A stretch of DNA of 27,973 bases from a virus. Its lineage: Duplodnaviria; Caudoviricetes. Each line of letters starts with the position of its first letter. The first letter of the stretch is position 1. Made by a program: the position numbers and the translations under genes. Below the pieces are notes generated by a model, which was given only the letters and a program-made list of their open reading frames with translations, had not been told where the DNA came from and did no database searches. The stretch lies in the IMG/VR virus record IMGVR_UViG_3300010376_000107, positions 1-27,973 of that record; one strand, given 5' to 3'. Positions 8,033 to 17,117 of this stretch are shown in pieces.

Positions 8033-8775
8033 GGCGCCCCCGTGGTGAATGCTGGCTCGGCGACGCTCGAGCCCGGGAGGTTGGCGGCGGCCGGCGCCAC
8101 GTTCGGCGTCATCAGGCTCGGCGGCAGGCCGACCGAGGGGTTGAGGCCCGACCACGTCGGCTGCCCGTTGATCTGCGTGCCGGCGGTGATCTTGCTCATG
8201 AGCGAGTTCTGCGCCGCCGCCGCCGCCGAGAGCGAAAGGAGCGGCTGCTCGAAATCGAACTGCCACGCCATCTGCACCTGCTTGGACGCCGCCGGGGTCA
8301 CGTCGAACATCTCGCGCAGGAGGCAGTCGGTGTAGAAATACGACGGCGTCGCCACCGTGTAGGTCCCGCCCGCCGCGTTGTGCTGCTTGAGCGTCGCGAC
8401 GAGCGCCGTCATGGTCGCGAGCTTGGTCGCGTAGCCGCCCGACCCGCGGGCCGGCGCGAACATGATGAGCGACACGTTGAGCGGCTTTCCGATCACGCTG
8501 TTCGCCGCGGTCTGCTGGTTGGCGAACGGATACTTCCCGAACTCCTGGCTGATGAGGCGCGCCCCGGGGAGCGGCTCGAACGCCGAGAAGAAGTCGTCGA
8601 GGTCGGTGTCGACCCCGCCGCCGAGCAGGCCGAACGCGAAGTCGACCGCCTGGGTGATCGAGATCAGCGGCAGCATGCCGCCGGGGATGAAGCTCGCCAC
8701 GCCGCCGTTCAAGATGACCGGGCAGTTTTGGAACGAGAGCTTGAAGGCGACGAGGCCGGGGCTGAGGTTGCTCAT
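8029..8775 (-). CDS. Tail tube initiator / baseplate-associated protein (248 aa)
   Basis: Directly after the tape measure with ATGA overlap. YPFANQQTAANSVI and YTVATPSYFYTDCLL motifs. Confidence 0.72.
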   Translation of the reverse strand: MSNLSPGLVAFKLSFQNCPVILNGGVASFIPGGMLPLISITQAVDFAFGLLGGGVDTDLDDFFSAFEPLPGARLISQEFGKYPFANQQTAANSVIGKPLNVSLIMFAPARGSGGYATKLATMTALVATLKQHNAAGGTYTVATPSYFYTDCLLREMFDVTPAASKQVQMAWQFDFEQPLLSLSAAAAAQNSLMSKITAGTQINGQPTWSGLNPSVGLPPSLMTPNVAPAAANLPGSSVAEPAFTTGAP

Positions 8776-10451
8776 TGCGGGATCTGGCTCGCGCTGACGA
8801 CGGCGTTCCCGCCGGTGTTGTTCGTGATCTCGACCTTCGCGTTGTAGCCGGTCATCGCGTGCGCGCGCGACAGGTAGCCTTGCGTCTCGCCCGGCAGGGT
8901 CGCGGCGTTGTCGCCCGCGTCGCGGAACCGGTTGGCGCGGCCCGGCCCGGCGTTGTAGGCGGCGAGGACCTCGTCGACGTTGCCGTGGTAGCGGCGCACG
9001 AGGTCGCGCAGCACGGCGCGCGCCGCCTGCTCGTTGTAGGCGGGATCGGTGAGCCGCCCGGGGTCGTAGCCGTACTGGCGCGCCGTCCCGGGCATGATCT
9101 GGTAACGGCCGATCGCGCCGGCCGGCGACACCGCCTGGTCACCGCTCCGCTCGAGGCCGCGCACCATCGCGAGCAGCTGGTCCTCGTTGAGCGGCTGGCC
9201 CGGCGTCGCGGCGGGGGAGTTGAGGCCGAGCAGGCGCCCCAGGACCGACTTGCTGGACACCGAGCCGAACCCGCCGCCGGCCGCGGACGGGGCGGGCGCC
9301 GTGGTGGCGACCTGACCCGGCGCGATCAGGCGGGCGACGCGCATCACCGCGCCGGCGAGCACGCCGATCCCGTCCACGAAGTTGCGCACGTCGTTCTGGA
9401 ACTGGTCGGAACCGACGTATTTCGCGGCCTTCTCAATGCCTTCTCCGAACTCGTTGACGAAGGTCTTCAGCTTCTCGCTGCCGAGGAACGTCTCGATGGT
9501 CCGCTCGACCGAACCGGAGAGCTTGTCGAGCGGCCCGGCGAGGCCGACGAGGGCGCGAACGAACGTGTTTTCAATGCGATCCCCGGCGCGGCTCATCTGG
9601 GTCGCGAAGTCTTGCCACGCCCTCGTGGTGCTCGGGTCGAGCGCGAGGCGCTCCACGTCGCCCCGGTAGCGGCGCTCCTGCGACCTGCGTTCCTCGGGCG
9701 TCGCTTGAAGATACCGCGTTACGTCCTGGACGCTAAAGAGTTCGTCGAGGTTGAGCGCCTTCAGGCGTGAGCCGAGCAGGGCCTGGGGCGTGCCGCCGAA
9801 CAGCGAGGGCAGGCGGCGCAGCAGCTCGACCGACACCTCGGCCGCGTCCTTGCCGGCGAGCGTCTTCGGGTCGAGCCCCGCCGCGAGCAGGCCCACGTAC
9901 GAGCGGCTCGTCACGTCGCGCAGCGCGCCCGAGACGCCGCCCAGGACCTGGGAGGGTTCGACGAACCGGCCGAAGTTGAGCCCGAAGGCGCGCGCCTCCC
10001 CGGGGGTGACGCCGAGACCGGCGGCGCCGCGGCGCAGGCCCGCCACCGACTCGGCGAGGCGGTCGAGGCCGAACAGGCTGCCGACCGCGAGCGCCCCCGT
10101 GACGGCGGTGCCGATCCCGCCCCACTTGAGGACCGAGCGCGTGGCCGTGGCGATCGATTCGGAGGTCGACTTCGCGTGGGCGGCGATCTTGCGCCACGCC
10201 GACTCGCTCCGCTCCGTCTCGCGGCGCGAGGTCTCCAGCTCGCGACTCTGCCGGCGCATCAACTCGCCCTGCGCGAGGAGCGCGGCCGCGACCGCCTGGA
10301 ACCCTTTCACCTGCTGCTGCTGTTCCTTGGTCGCCGCCGCCCACCACGCGGGCGCCTTGGCGAGCTGCGTGTTGTACTTGTCGAACAGCGCCTGGAATCG
10401 CTTGAAGGCCTCGTCTTGGACGTCGACCTCGATGATCGACTTGACGGCCAT
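8772..10451 (-). CDS. Tape measure protein with C-terminal lytic transglycosylase domain (559 aa)
   Basis: Helical, Ala-rich N-terminal region. SLT motifs LERSG (catalytic Glu), AVSPAGAIGRYQIMPGTA and LAAYNAGPG. Confidence 0.9.
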   Translation of the reverse strand: MAVKSIIEVDVQDEAFKRFQALFDKYNTQLAKAPAWWAAATKEQQQQVKGFQAVAAALLAQGELMRRQSRELETSRRETERSESAWRKIAAHAKSTSESIATATRSVLKWGGIGTAVTGALAVGSLFGLDRLAESVAGLRRGAAGLGVTPGEARAFGLNFGRFVEPSQVLGGVSGALRDVTSRSYVGLLAAGLDPKTLAGKDAAEVSVELLRRLPSLFGGTPQALLGSRLKALNLDELFSVQDVTRYLQATPEERRSQERRYRGDVERLALDPSTTRAWQDFATQMSRAGDRIENTFVRALVGLAGPLDKLSGSVERTIETFLGSEKLKTFVNEFGEGIEKAAKYVGSDQFQNDVRNFVDGIGVLAGAVMRVARLIAPGQVATTAPAPSAAGGGFGSVSSKSVLGRLLGLNSPAATPGQPLNEDQLLAMVRGLERSGDQAVSPAGAIGRYQIMPGTARQYGYDPGRLTDPAYNEQAARAVLRDLVRRYHGNVDEVLAAYNAGPGRANRFRDAGDNAATLPGETQGYLSRAHAMTGYNAKVEITNNTGGNAVVSASQIPQ

Positions 10452-10455
10452 GACC

Positions 10456-11162
10456 TCAACCTCCCCGTCGCGCCAGAATCAGGTGGCGCTGCCGAAACTC
10501 GTGCGCCGAAGCATACTCGAATCCGTTGCTTCGCAGGAAGGCCGGGAGGCCCTCGTTCGCGAGCCAGTCTAGGAGGGAATGGACGACGGTGTCGGCTTCG
10601 CGCTCGAACTGTCTGTCTCGGTCGACGTCCGCAAGGAAGCGGTGAACCCCGTACAATTCAGCGAGGTGTATTCCACGCCCAAGAGCGCCGCCGTCATCTG
10701 ACGCGCCGTCTCGAGCTCCTCCCCCCGCTGCATCGCACAGGCCACAATAAAAAAAACCAGGATGTTCTCCACGTCCTCCCAGTCGTCGGCCGAGATCACG
10801 CCGCGGTTGCGCGCCTCCTCGCACGGGATCGTTTCCCAACCCCTGGGCGTCGGCATCGACACGTTCGACAGGCGGCGGATCTCGGCGAGTAGCCCGTCGG
10901 CCTCGCGCGCGGCGACCTCCGCGGCTTGCGCGCCCGCCCCCACGGGGGCGAGGTCCTTCGCCGTCTCGCGGAGGAGCAACGCCGCGACCCTCGGGCCGGC
11001 GAGCGCGCCGAGCCCCTGGTTGTAAATCCGCGCGAAGGTTTTCGCGATGATGAGGTGGTAGCGGTGGAACGCGTCGGTCGAGATCGGCATCGAGTGAACG
11101 TGGACGAGGCCCGTGTCCGTCTCGACGGGGATCACGATGTTCAGGTTGCGGTCGATGCGCAC
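10456..11162 (-). CDS. Predicted -1 frameshift product of the tail chaperone (gpGT analogue)
   Basis: GTT TTT TTT at 10757-10749. The -1 frame stays open to TGA at 10456, 4 nt before the tape measure start. Confidence 0.7.
10569..11162 (-). CDS. Tail assembly chaperone (197 aa; lambda gpG analogue)
   Basis: Lies between tube and tape measure. AAGGAGG RBS with GTG start; contains a slippery T8 run. Confidence 0.82.
   Translation of the reverse strand: MRIDRNLNIVIPVETDTGLVHVHSMPISTDAFHRYHLIIAKTFARIYNQGLGALAGPRVAALLLRETAKDLAPVGAGAQAAEVAAREADGLLAEIRRLSNVSMPTPRGWETIPCEEARNRGVISADDWEDVENILVFFIVACAMQRGEELETARQMTAALLGVEYTSLNCTGFTASLRTSTETDSSSAKPTPSSIPS
10749..10757 (-). promoter_or_regulatory. Slippery site for programmed -1 ribosomal frameshift (T TTT TTT)
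   Basis: A8 run on the + strand (10749-10756) in an otherwise very GC-rich sequence, correctly phased as X XXY YYZ. Confidence 0.75.
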
Positions 11163-11194
11163 GGATGCCTCCTTGCCTGCCTGCGTGCGAAGAT

Positions 11195-11280
11195 GCGGGG
11201 GACGCGCGTCGTCTGTGGGTGGATGGGTGGAACGCGCGCGCCCCCCGCGGGATAGCCCGGGGCTTCGCCCTGGGGGCTAT
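11195..11280 (-). terminator. Two stem-loops after the tail tube gene (attenuator or mRNA-stabilising structure)
   Basis: ATAGCCC..CAGGGC-GAA-GCCCCGGGCTAT followed by an imperfect GCGGGGG..CGCGCGT / ACGCGCG.CCCCCGC stem. Only a weak U tract follows. Confidence 0.45.
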
Positions 11281-11720
11281 AGGTTGAACAGGCTCGAGTT
11301 GACCGGGTAGTAGCCGCGGATCGTCACCGCGAAGCCGGCGTCCTCGCCCGAGAAGTTGAGCTCCCGCACGCTCTGGATCGCGCAGTTGATGATCCCGTAG
11401 GGCGGCAGGGTGATGCTGTCCGGCCGCACCGTCCCGTCGCCGAGTAGCGCGTTGAGCTCCATCTGCTGCTTGTAGAGCGACGAGAGCGACTGCGTCTTGA
11501 GCAGGTTCATCACCAGCGAGACGGGCATGTACGGCTCGGGCGACGTGACCGCGCCGGTCATCGTGTTGATGAAGGTCGTCGTCTCGCCCTCGAGCGCGAG
11601 CCGGACGCCCTCGCGGCCGAGGAACGACGCCGTGACGTTGAGCTGCGGGAACGAGGTCCACACGACGCTCGCTCGAAGCCGGTTGAGCGTGCCCTGGGCG
11701 ATCAGCGGATTGGTCGCCAT
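11277..11720 (-). CDS. Tail tube protein (147 aa)
   Basis: Follows the sheath; size fits. NPLIAQGTLNRLRASV and TMTGAVTSPEPY motifs. Confidence 0.85.
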   Translation of the reverse strand: MATNPLIAQGTLNRLRASVVWTSFPQLNVTASFLGREGVRLALEGETTTFINTMTGAVTSPEPYMPVSLVMNLLKTQSLSSLYKQQMELNALLGDGTVRPDSITLPPYGIINCAIQSVRELNFSGEDAGFAVTIRGYYPVNSSLFNL

Positions 11721-11737
11721 GTCCTAGCCTCCCCCGC

Positions 11738-13111
11738 TCAGGCCGCCACGAACTGCGACACGAGCACGTTGAACACGATCGCCTTGAAGCCCCGCGCCGG
11801 CACGTAGACGATGGTGAGCCCCGCGTACTTGCCGAGCTTGTAGTCGCCCGGGTTGAGCTGGCTGTAGGGGATGAAGGGCACCGCGTTGACGTCGGTGATC
11901 CCGGTGAAGGCCCCGGCGGCGATCGCCGCGTTGAGGTCGTTCGGCACGAGCGCGGTCTGCGTCGGCACGCCGAGCACCAAGCCGAACGCGACGCCGCTGT
12001 TCATGGTCGACGTGGCGACCGCCTGCAGCCGGTTGATGCCGTCCTGGTTGTAGTAGAGCGGGTTCGCGGGGTTGTTCGACCCGTTGAGGATCGCGTTCGC
12101 GATGGCCTGGTCGACCGTGATCTGCACCCAGTCGATCGAGTACCAGTACGTGAAGTCGTTGCCGTCCGCGGTCGTGCCGTTGAACAGCACCGCGTTCGAC
12201 AGCCCGCCCTCGGCGCCGGTCCCCACGTAGTTGACGTTCGCGGCGAGGATCGCCGCCAGCACGGCGTTGTTGCCCTTGAGCGGGTACGGCGTGACGCCGA
12301 CCAGGAACGAGAACGCGAACGGCGTGACCCGGTTGGAGCTCGACGGCGCGTAATTGAGCATCACGTAGAACGCGGCCGCGAGCGAGAACTCGGTCGACGG
12401 GATGCCCGGCGCCTCGACCAGCGCGACCACGTCTTTCATCAGCGCCGTGTAGCTCGTGTAGGTCCCGGTCGTCGTGGTGACGAAGAAATAGGTCTTCGCC
12501 GTGGTCGACTCGAAACCCGCCAGGAAGGTGAGGAACGACGCCGCCGCGTCCCAGAACCGCGGGACGAGGTAGGCGTAGAACGCGTTCGGGTTCGCCGTGA
12601 TGTACGTCCCGAGCGCGGTCACGCCGTCGGCCGCGTTGCCGGGGCCAAGCTCGAGCACGAACACGCCCTGGTGGGTGCCCTGCGCGAAGAACGTCGTCGC
12701 CATCGCGAGCAGCTCGGTCACGTCCTCGGGCGTCCACGTCCCCGGCACCGTGTTGACCCCGGGGTTGCTCACCAGCGGGTAGGTGAACGTCGACACCCCG
12801 GTGACCGTGCACTGGAACGTGCCGTTGTAGCCGGACGGGCTCGCGCCCGCGATCGTGAGCGGGAGCACGTCTGCGTTCGTCAGGCCGTGCGGCGCCGCCG
12901 TGGTGACCGTGACCGTGCCGGAGCTCCACACGAGCGTCGAGTTCGCCAGCGCGCCCTTGAGGATCGCGGTGAGGTCCGACAGCTGGGTGAGGAACGTCGA
13001 GGTGTTCGGCGCGGTGGTGGTGGCGCCCTGCGAGATCAGGGCGCCGGTCTTCTGCAGCGTGTTCGGCGTCGGCGCCGACTGCTGCGAGACGTTGACCGTC
13101 ACGATGCCCAT
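11738..13111 (-). CDS. Tail sheath protein (DUF3383-like, 457 aa)
   Basis: IVTVNVSQQSAPTP N-terminus. C-terminal FTYWYSIDWVQI..NAILNGSNNPANPLYYNQDGINRLQ; size and position fit. Confidence 0.88.
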   Translation of the reverse strand: MGIVTVNVSQQSAPTPNTLQKTGALISQGATTTAPNTSTFLTQLSDLTAILKGALANSTLVWSSGTVTVTTAAPHGLTNADVLPLTIAGASPSGYNGTFQCTVTGVSTFTYPLVSNPGVNTVPGTWTPEDVTELLAMATTFFAQGTHQGVFVLELGPGNAADGVTALGTYITANPNAFYAYLVPRFWDAAASFLTFLAGFESTTAKTYFFVTTTTGTYTSYTALMKDVVALVEAPGIPSTEFSLAAAFYVMLNYAPSSSNRVTPFAFSFLVGVTPYPLKGNNAVLAAILAANVNYVGTGAEGGLSNAVLFNGTTADGNDFTYWYSIDWVQITVDQAIANAILNGSNNPANPLYYNQDGINRLQAVATSTMNSGVAFGLVLGVPTQTALVPNDLNAAIAAGAFTGITDVNAVPFIPYSQLNPGDYKLGKYAGLTIVYVPARGFKAIVFNVLVSQFVAA

Positions 13112-13138
13112 GGGCTCTCCCCCGTTGGGTCGGGCCCG

Positions 13139-13807
13139 TTACGGCGCGACCTCGTCCCACTCGATCGAGCCGAGGAAGCCCGACGCGCCGGACGCCAGCA
13201 GGTTGCCGAGGGCGAGGTAACCGCCCGGCGGGATGATGAGCGCGCCGCGGCAGTCGTAGTTCGCGGTCGGGAGCTGCGTCGCCACCGGGTCGGTCGCGAG
13301 CCACGACGCCCACCGGGGCGTGCCGACGATGGTGCAGGCCGAGTCGACGTGGGCCTTCGAGGCCGTGATCGTCGCCGAGCCGCTCGACGTCGCCGCGCCC
13401 ACGTAGTTCGGGATGATGTTCGCGTCGAGCGAGGTCGTGTGGGTCACGACGCCCGCGGCGGACCACCCGGTGATGAGGCCGAGCGCCGTCTCGCCGGCCG
13501 CGGCCACGATGTTGAGGATGTTCACCCGCTTGGGCACGAGGTTGACGCCGGAGCCCGCCGGGTTCGACAGGCAGAGGCCCACGTAGGTGGTGGCGAGCGC
13601 CGCCGACGAGGTGACCGCCGAGGGGTTCGCGCACGAGAACGACTGGCCGGCGACGCCCGACGCGGCCTTGTTCTGCCCGTAGGTCGCGGCGTAATAGTCG
13701 GGGGCGAGCTGCGAGGACAAGAAGCCGCCCTGGTTGTCGAGCTTGGCGGCGGCGAAAACCCGACCGAAAGTCAGGGCGACGAAAGCCTGAAGCGGCGACT
13801 GCGGCAT
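13139..13807 (-). CDS. Putative virion accessory protein (222 aa)
   Basis: Start re-called to ATG 13807 with GGGAGAGG RBS. Beta-rich A/S/T/G composition; ends LIIPPGGYLAL...SIEWDEVAP. Confidence 0.75.
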   Translation of the reverse strand: MPQSPLQAFVALTFGRVFAAAKLDNQGGFLSSQLAPDYYAATYGQNKAASGVAGQSFSCANPSAVTSSAALATTYVGLCLSNPAGSGVNLVPKRVNILNIVAAAGETALGLITGWSAAGVVTHTTSLDANIIPNYVGAATSSGSATITASKAHVDSACTIVGTPRWASWLATDPVATQLPTANYDCRGALIIPPGGYLALGNLLASGASGFLGSIEWDEVAP

Positions 13808-13899
13808 GATCCCTCTCCCGTTAGCCCGATAGCGCGATAAGCCTGTGCCGAATCTGCGGGCGCGAGCGTAGCGCGACTCGCCCACCCCCGCATAGGGGG

Positions 13900-14958
13900 T
13901 TAGTCGACGGCGGCGAGCGGGCCGACGACGAACGTCGGGATGCAGGACGCGATGAGCTGCGTGCCCACCCGGCGCGAGGTCGACTGGTAGTAGCTGACCT
14001 CGATCTCGATCTCCTTGCGCTGCGCGAGCGTGAAGAACTCGACCTGCCCCTGCTTGGCGTCGCGCGGGATCGGCATGTTCATGAGGCCGATGTTGTCCGT
14101 CTCGAGGCTGTACTGGTCGACGGCCGCCATCAGGTTGAGCACGTCCGCGTTGCGCAGCCCGAACGTCGTGAGCTTGACGAGGTCGCGCGCGAGTTGGGTC
14201 TGGCCGAGGTTCGCGTCGAACAGCGGCGCCGCCTGCAGGGCGCGCGTCGCCTCGGGGGCGACGTGGACCACCACGTAGGGCGGCCGCTGGTTGTCGGGGA
14301 CCGCCATCGAGGGGAAGAACGGCGCCGTGACCGGGAAGAACCCCGTGGGCGACGCGTACCCCGGGATCTGCAGCCACATCGGCAGGCTGTTCGACACCAC
14401 GGGGCCGATCGCGTTGAACTGGAGGGGCGAGTCGACGATCTGCGTCGCCATGTTCGAGGTGATGCTCGCCCCGAGGTAGTGATACAGCGGGCCCGCCTGC
14501 TGATAGAGGTTCTTGCGCGCCGAGAAGGCGTAGCGCCGGTTGTGAGGCTCGCTCGCCGGCAGCTGCGCGATCCACATCGTCTGCGGGTCGATCGAGTTGA
14601 AGAAGTCGAGCGGGATCTCGGACGTGAACACCACGTCGTTCGCGGCCGCGTTCGCCTCCTCGCTCTGGTAGCGGCGCGTCGCGAAATGCAGCGACCCGGT
14701 CGCGACGATCGTGTCGGCCGCCACGACGGTCGGGCTCTTGTCGAACAGCCAGTCGTCGTAGGGGCCGGCCGCGTCGAAGATCGCGCCGCCGGTGACGAGG
14801 TCGGCCTTCACCCAGAACACGAACCCGTCGACCGGCAGGACCACGCGCCGGTACTGCGTGAACGTGACCTGCTGGTTGAGCGAGATCGCCTCGACGCCCG
14901 CGGCGAGGTCGGCGCCGAGCGGCGTCCTAGCGGCGGTCGCTTCGGCGGCGCTGGTCAC
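13900..14958 (-). CDS. Head-closure / tail-completion protein (352 aa)
   Basis: Start re-called to GTG 14958 (GTGA overlap). YRRVVLPVDGFVFWVK and VVSNSLPMWL..PDNQRPPYVVVHV motifs; position before the sheath. Confidence 0.7.
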   Translation of the reverse strand: MTSAAEATAARTPLGADLAAGVEAISLNQQVTFTQYRRVVLPVDGFVFWVKADLVTGGAIFDAAGPYDDWLFDKSPTVVAADTIVATGSLHFATRRYQSEEANAAANDVVFTSEIPLDFFNSIDPQTMWIAQLPASEPHNRRYAFSARKNLYQQAGPLYHYLGASITSNMATQIVDSPLQFNAIGPVVSNSLPMWLQIPGYASPTGFFPVTAPFFPSMAVPDNQRPPYVVVHVAPEATRALQAAPLFDANLGQTQLARDLVKLTTFGLRNADVLNLMAAVDQYSLETDNIGLMNMPIPRDAKQGQVEFFTLAQRKEIEIEVSYYQSTSRRVGTQLIASCIPTFVVGPLAAVD

Positions 14959-15638
14959 GGCGCCCCCGTGGCGAGCTGCGCGAGGCCGGCCCGGTCGTAC
15001 TCGGCCCACACCTGGCCGAGCCACGTGAAGACCTTGCCCCGCAGGGTGCGCGACTCGTGCTTGCCGGCGAACTCCGAGAACGTCCACGCGTCGCGGTCGA
15101 TGAGGCCCGCGGCCTTGTCGTCCAGGTGGGGGATCGTCACCGCGGAGAGCTGATCGAGCACGGAGCTGACCTGCGGGTCGTCGGCCCACTGCAGGTAGTC
15201 CGCCGTGCTCGACACGTAATTCTTGACCGGGAAATGGTGCGCCCGGCCGATCGACCGGACGACCTCGAAAATCTCGCCGAGCGACTGCTGCGTCGGTCCG
15301 AGCACGTGCAGCACCGCGAGATTGACGGCGCCGTTCTTCACGTCCTCGAGCAGGCGGACCTCGTCGAGCATCCGCAGGAGGGGCGAGAGCATTCCGGCCC
15401 GCACGTCGATCAGGATGTTGCCCTCGACCTTGTCGAACACCGCCATCTGCCCGTCGATGGTTTCCAGGTTGACGACCTGCGCGAGCGGGTGGAACCGCTT
15501 GAGCCCGCCCTTCGGGTGCTCGGTGTCGATGTCCTCGCGCACGACGCCCTTGCCTTCGAGGTACTCGCCCAACGTCCTCGCCACCGTGGTCTTGCCGGTG
15601 CCGCCCTTGTCGGCGCCGACGATGAAGATCGAACCCAT
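14955..15638 (-). CDS. ParA/MinD-like P-loop ATPase (227 aa; alternative GTG start at 15713)
   Basis: Deviant Walker A DKGGTGKTT, DIDTE (Walker A') and ILIDVRAG (Walker B). GGGAGG RBS precedes both candidate starts. Confidence 0.85.
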   Translation of the reverse strand: MGSIFIVGADKGGTGKTTVARTLGEYLEGKGVVREDIDTEHPKGGLKRFHPLAQVVNLETIDGQMAVFDKVEGNILIDVRAGMLSPLLRMLDEVRLLEDVKNGAVNLAVLHVLGPTQQSLGEIFEVVRSIGRAHHFPVKNYVSSTADYLQWADDPQVSSVLDQLSAVTIPHLDDKAAGLIDRDAWTFSEFAGKHESRTLRGKVFTWLGQVWAEYDRAGLAQLATGAP

Positions 15639-15723
15639 GAGGTGCCTCCCGTACTGCCTGCCTCTCGGCGTGAAACCCGGCCCGGGCGACGATTGCCGCC
15701 AGACGTGGTCCACCCGAACCTCC

Positions 15724-16206
15724 CTAGTCGACCCAGGCCCTCGCGCTCGCGCTGTAGAGCCCCGAGTCCACGAACGAAACCGCCGCCCCCGTGGCGCGCG
15801 CCGACTTGAACCGCGCGCCGCGCTTCGCCCCCGAGGCGCGGTCGAGCGACGCCTGCGTCGGGATGCCTGGGTAGCCGAGCGCGTCGAGCTCCCGCTGGTC
15901 GAGCATGCGGCGGAACCGCTCGGCGATCTTCTCGGTGCCCGTCTCGAACAGCGAGGGCGGCGGCGGCGCGCCGAGCATCAGCGATTCGAGCGACCCCGCG
16001 AGCGCGTCCTCGAGCGCCGGCACGATGGTGTCGGCCAAGTGGAGCTGAACGAAGTGCTCCATGACGTGGTAGCGGTCCTCGAGCCAGCCGGCCACGTCGC
16101 CCGTGGTCTGCGTCCCGCCCGCGCCGCGGCGCCGCCGCCGGCCGCGCCCCGAGGGCGGCGACCGGACGTAGGGGATGTCGACGACGCCGAGGTGGAGCGT
16201 GGGCAT
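15724..16206 (-). CDS. Neck / virion morphogenesis protein (160 aa)
   Basis: LHLGVVDIPY, TTGDVAGWLEDRYHVM, GIPTQASL and SFVDSGLYSASARAWVD motifs; neck position. Confidence 0.75.
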   Translation of the reverse strand: MPTLHLGVVDIPYVRSPPSGRGRRRRRGAGGTQTTGDVAGWLEDRYHVMEHFVQLHLADTIVPALEDALAGSLESLMLGAPPPPSLFETGTEKIAERFRRMLDQRELDALGYPGIPTQASLDRASGAKRGARFKSARATGAAVSFVDSGLYSASARAWVD

Positions 16207-16454
16207 CAGCCGTCCGCCGGTTCGAGCGTGATGACGATCAGGCCGCCGACCGCGTGGGTGAGGAGCACGCGCTGCGCGCGACCGATCTTCTCGTGCACGG
16301 CGTCGGCGTAGTCCTGGGGCGAGCCCCGCATCGGCCCTTTGACGCTCACCTGGATGTGGTCGGTGTTCGTCTCGTCCACGTAGGCGCCGTCGGGGTCGGC
16401 GTCGCTCGGGGCGACGCGCACGCCGCGCGGGAGGGGAAGCAACTCGATGGCCAT
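16206..16454 (-). CDS. Hypothetical protein (82 aa)
   Basis: GAGGA RBS; TGATG coupling to the next gene. Confidence 0.7.
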   Translation of the reverse strand: MAIELLPLPRGVRVAPSDADPDGAYVDETNTDHIQVSVKGPMRGSPQDYADAVHEKIGRAQRVLLTHAVGGLIVITLEPADG

Positions 16455-16461
16455 GGCGTCC

Positions 16462-16830
16462 TCACTTCGACGGGCACACCGACAGCTGCGTGATGCGCAG
16501 CGTCCCGGTCGCGGTGCCCGCGAGGGCGGCGACCCAGGTGTTCGGCCCGATGTTCAGGCACACCCCGTTCGCCGGCAGAGCGGGGCTCGTGTTCGTCGCC
16601 GTCACAGTGTTGTCGACGCCGAACTTGTAGAAAATCTCGTTCGTCGAGGCGCCGACGCCGTACTGGAGCATGACGAACGGGTAGGACGACGGCGCGCCGG
16701 TGAGCTGCACGTTCGCGCTCGTCGTGGTCGCCGAGATCGAGAAATTCCCGCCGATCGCCTGGGCCTCGGCCGGGGCGGCGAGCGCGGCCGCCGCCAGGGC
16801 GGCGAGCGCGAGGGAACGCAGAAACCTCAT
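16462..16830 (-). CDS. Signal-peptide-bearing beta-rich protein (122 aa)
   Basis: Start re-called to ATG 16830 with GAGGAGAGG RBS. Begins MRFLRSLALAALAAAALAAPAEA|QAIG; two Cys in the mature part. Confidence 0.82.
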   Translation of the reverse strand: MRFLRSLALAALAAAALAAPAEAQAIGGNFSISATTTSANVQLTGAPSSYPFVMLQYGVGASTNEIFYKFGVDNTVTATNTSPALPANGVCLNIGPNTWVAALAGTATGTLRITQLSVCPSK

Positions 16831-16841
16831 GGGGCCTCTCC

Positions 16842-17117
16842 TCACGTGATGGTGACCGGGACCTTGCCGCCGACCAGGAGGCCGGCGCTGTTGTAGGCCT
16901 TGCCCGAAAACGACGCCGCGACGGTCGTCTGCTGCGTCGCGCCGTACCGCCCGTGGTGGGTCTGGATCGCGGTCACCGCGTTCGCGTCGGCCGCCTGGAT
17001 GACGAGCTGCCCGCCGGGCGGGATGTCGCGCCGGTTGCCGAGGCGGATGTCGTCGAGCGAGGCGGTGCTGTCCAGCACCTGCCTCGTCCCGTTGTACAGG
17101 TAGAGCGCCGTCGTCAT
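16842..17117 (-). CDS. 91-aa protein, paralogue of the N-terminal domain of 17842..18369
   Basis: ATG 17117 overlaps the upstream stop. LYLYNGTRQV..DIPPGGQLVI..AIQTHHGRYG..FSGKAY. Confidence 0.78.
   Translation of the reverse strand: MTTALYLYNGTRQVLDSTASLDDIRLGNRRDIPPGGQLVIQAADANAVTAIQTHHGRYGATQQTTVAASFSGKAYNSAGLLVGGKVPVTIT

Noticed and set aside
11738-11752. Sheath C-terminal ...FVAA as a ClpX degron
   Set aside because: Only a terminal AA without the ANDN element; too weak in an Ala-rich proteome.
1753-13111. Tailocin or extracellular contractile injection system
   Set aside because: Portal, protease, capsid and neck genes are present in the same module, so this is a head-bearing phage.
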